Positions 36,411 through 38,830 of a stretch of DNA of 38,830 nt are shown one piece after another (the stretch's first letter is position 1; every line of letters starts with the position of its first letter). The stretch comes from a virus (taxonomy: Duplodnaviria > Caudoviricetes). The position numbers were made by a program, and so were the translations under genes. The stretch is taken from IMG/VR virus record IMGVR_UViG_3300046779_001797, positions 1-38,830 of that record; one strand, written 5' to 3'. Under the pieces are notes generated by a model. The model was not told the origin of the DNA, searched no databases, and saw only the letters and a list, made by a program, of their open reading frames with translations.

Positions 36411-37427
36411 TCAGACTAGTTGTCGTAGTGTTGCTAGCAACTTATGAGAAGTCTCTTCTTGGGTTGGTATTTGTTTTAGATATGATTGTTTTTGGTGATA
36501 TGCAACATCAAGTCTTTCTGCTGTCCCCATATCTTCGATGTTAGATGCAAGATGGCTCCACTCAGGACCTAGGTGATGAGTTAGCTTCCAATCATGAACA
36601 ACTGGGACATTCTGAGACAAAGACTGCGCAAGGGCTGGAGACCACCAAGACTCATCATTGCGATAAGTGGCTACTAGCGTTCCGATAGAGCTTCTAATTC
36701 GCTCTAGGGTGTCAATTTGTGGCTCCCAGCGGGTCTCTCTTGTGGCAACCACAGCATTTCGAACCATCATAGAGTGAGAAACTCCATACGGACTAGTTAG
36801 AGCATCGCAGGTCCAGTACTGTTTGGTTTCATAGTAATTTTGAACTATAGGTGCTTGAAAAATTAGATATGAATCAACATTGATTGGCATCAAATGTTGT
36901 TCATCTAGGTTTGGTAGGTACTCAGAGAACTTCTTCGTAGACCATGGAAATATAGGATAGAAAGTTGTAGGCCACTTCTGTTCAATCAAAAAGTTTATAA
37001 AACCTTGAATCTCTGCTCGAAGGTTTTCATCAGTTACAACTTCCGAATAATTTTTCCTTCTGTTGTAGAAATCTTTGTAAAAACTATCTGGGTCAGAGTA
37101 GCAAGACTTTAGTGATGGCTGAATTTTCATTGAATCTGGAGCGTCAATCATCAAAGCCAAGTTACCAATTTTTTGAGCTTTAGCTGCCATAGAGAACGCG
37201 GGGTAGATTTTATTAGCAGTGATGCTGGCGGGAGGTGTAATACCTACAACCACCAAGTCATATTGCGACAACTCTTCTGCTGTATATGTCAAAGAAGGCT
37301 CAACGTGGTCAGCCTCAACGCCTGCATCTCTAAAAGCCCTAGCAAGTAGTGAGGCAAATGTTGGAGTTCTTTGCGCATGCTTTTTTGATGCCTGCTGTGC
37401 GCTACATCCTGTAATCAAAACTTTCAT
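36411..37427 (-). CDS. Hypothetical protein, possibly GT-B-fold glycosyltransferase-like
   Basis: Rossmann-like start MKVLITG..Q, L..YDLVVVG, and a C-terminal WW....QSL...VPV. The CDS itself is solid; the function is tentative. Confidence 0.45.
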   Translation of the reverse strand: MKVLITGCSAQQASKKHAQRTPTFASLLARAFRDAGVEADHVEPSLTYTAEELSQYDLVVVGITPPASITANKIYPAFSMAAKAQKIGNLALMIDAPDSMKIQPSLKSCYSDPDSFYKDFYNRRKNYSEVVTDENLRAEIQGFINFLIEQKWPTTFYPIFPWSTKKFSEYLPNLDEQHLMPINVDSYLIFQAPIVQNYYETKQYWTCDALTSPYGVSHSMMVRNAVVATRETRWEPQIDTLERIRSSIGTLVATYRNDESWWSPALAQSLSQNVPVVHDWKLTHHLGPEWSHLASNIEDMGTAERLDVAYHQKQSYLKQIPTQEETSHKLLATLRQLV

Positions 37428-37440
37428 TTGTTGTCCTTAG

Positions 37441-37480
37441 AACTAATAGAAAGCCACCCAACGATTTTTGTTGGGTGGCT
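37441..37480 (-). terminator. Rho-independent terminator downstream of the SSB gene
   Basis: Perfect 11-bp stem AGCCACCCAAC(37452-37462)/GTTGGGTGGCT(37470-37480) with a 7-nt loop, followed on the - strand by TTCTATTAGTT. Confidence 0.75.
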
Positions 37481-37497
37481 CCCTATTGATTGTTTGT

Positions 37498-38049
37498 TTA
37501 GAACGGAGCAGCTGGTGCTGCTGCTGGAGCCTCTGCTACTGGTGCTGGTGCAGGTGCTGCAGCAGGAGCTGGGGCTGGTGCAGGTGCTGCAGCAGGAGCT
37601 GGAGCAGCTGCTGCAGGTGCTGGTGGAACTGAACCAGCAGTTGCTGTAGCAGGGTAGTAGTTCTTCAACTCATTACGCTTGTTTCCCTGATAGATCTTTG
37701 TACCAATCTGTGCACGGAAACGGCGTCCAACCATTGCAGACTCAATCTGAGCGTTGCTTGGATTGGTGTCAAAGTACTCACGGCCTAGGCCAAGTGATGA
37801 CATCTTACGGAAGAAGATACCCAACGCAGTTGAGTTCTCTGGTGAGATGGTTAGGTTGTCCCATACAAGACGCTTTGCAAAAGCACCAGACTCAACCTGA
37901 GCCTTGATAGAGAACATAGTCTTTCCAGACTGAGTTACCTTTGCAGTTGCTTCTACAACTGAAAGGTCGTAGTCGCCATCTGGTAGTGGTTCATATGATG
38001 ATGCTTCGCCAGCGTCCTTGATAAGGTCTGACCAGTTTAGAGTGCTCAT
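37498..38049 (-). CDS. DUF669-like single-stranded DNA-binding protein
   Basis: YEPLPDGDY...SGKTM...VWDNL...GNKRNE. Pro/Ala-rich tail ending in PF. It sits next to a Sak4-like ATPase. Confidence 0.78.
   Translation of the reverse strand: MSTLNWSDLIKDAGEASSYEPLPDGDYDLSVVEATAKVTQSGKTMFSIKAQVESGAFAKRLVWDNLTISPENSTALGIFFRKMSSLGLGREYFDTNPSNAQIESAMVGRRFRAQIGTKIYQGNKRNELKNYYPATATAGSVPPAPAAAAPAPAAAPAPAPAPAAAPAPAPVAEAPAAAPAAPF
37544..37602. repeat. 30-bp tandem duplication in the SSB Pro/Ala tail
   Basis: gctggtgcaggtgctgcagcaggagctgg occurs at 37544-37572 and 37574-37602. Confidence 0.85.
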
Positions 38050-38825
38050 GCGGTTGCTTCTTTCTTACTAGTGGTGGTTTTTTCAGTCTGCTTTGGACCG
38101 AAGATTGTGTCAAGCATTACTTCAATAGACAGCTTGTCCTGCTCAACGATGGAACCAAGACGTCCTTGTACTCGCTCACCAGCTTCATACTCATTTGTGC
38201 GCTCGACGTACATACGACGAACCTTGTAAGGAGGCTGAAGTGGATCTGGATTAGGGAACTGCTCAATAGTCAATGCACCAAGAATGTCGTAGAAATATGG
38301 TGCTTGAATAGCGAGCTGACCCTGTAGGTAAGGACGGTGCTTACCATCCTGAGTCACACGAGACATCGCTGTTAGAACGACAGCCTCGAGCGGGTTAGTT
38401 GGGTGCATTGTCAGGTCGCGTAGGTCGCGTAGAAGACCGCCCATGTGGCGAAGCAATTCGCCCCACTGCTGCATCTTCATCTGCTCGCTACCTGCGATGC
38501 TGTCCATACACTTGACCTGCAACTCCGAAATGGAGTCAATAATCAAGCTCTTGAAGTGGTGCTTACCTAGCTGTAGCCATTGGTAAGCCTTGATAACTGT
38601 GTCGTAGTCGCGTACTTGTACAACAACAGTGTCCCAAGTTCCATCTGCTAGAGGTGGCTCCTCGCGCAGTGGGTCCCAGTACTTTACGACGATAGGGAGG
38701 AAGCGGTGTCCACCCTCAACATCGAGCATCAAGCGTGGGTATGGAGCGGTTACTGCAAAGGTTGATTTACCAACCTTGGACTCACCGTAAACCATTGCGG
38801 TCAATGACCGTTGGATTTCACTCAT
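38046..38825 (-). CDS. AAA_24 / Sak4-like ATPase (single-strand annealing recombinase)
   Basis: Walker A YGESKVGKST, LMLDVEGG and Walker B LIIDSISE. Paired with a DUF669-type SSB. Confidence 0.82.
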   Translation of the reverse strand: MSEIQRSLTAMVYGESKVGKSTFAVTAPYPRLMLDVEGGHRFLPIVVKYWDPLREEPPLADGTWDTVVVQVRDYDTVIKAYQWLQLGKHHFKSLIIDSISELQVKCMDSIAGSEQMKMQQWGELLRHMGGLLRDLRDLTMHPTNPLEAVVLTAMSRVTQDGKHRPYLQGQLAIQAPYFYDILGALTIEQFPNPDPLQPPYKVRRMYVERTNEYEAGERVQGRLGSIVEQDKLSIEVMLDTIFGPKQTEKTTTSKKEATA

Positions 38826-38830
38826 GCGTC

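Overview
A 38.8-kb segment of a tailed dsDNA phage genome. The host is probably an actinobacterium, judging from two WhiB genes, leaderless TANNNT promoters and actinophage-type tail domains; GC looks moderate by eye, which suggests a freshwater lineage (inference). From left to right: the 3' part of a large terminase; a convergent Prim-Pol/SF3 primase-helicase; a membrane protein, a small Cys/His protein and a metallophosphoesterase. Next comes a ~25-kb + strand block of virion fibre/appendage genes: seven Gly-X-Thr collagen-like proteins built from shared modules, a 7-bladed propeller, two large Gly/Thr-rich proteins each with an ALK/LTK-like glycine-rich domain, a CBM-like protein and an embedded S8 protease. 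It is followed directly by a SAM methyltransferase, a GT2-TPR glycosyltransferase and a flavin-dependent halogenase. The - strand block at the right holds WhiB-Zn ribbon, WhiB, a DUF6378-like protein, a possible GT-B-like protein, a DUF669-type SSB and a Sak4-like ATPase. The best candidate for a new system is a phage-encoded, BclA/exosporium-like collagen fibre coat with its own glycosylating, methylating, halogenating and proteolytic tailoring enzymes. No tRNA, CRISPR array, integrase or reverse transcriptase was seen. All family assignments come from motif recognition by eye, not from database searches.
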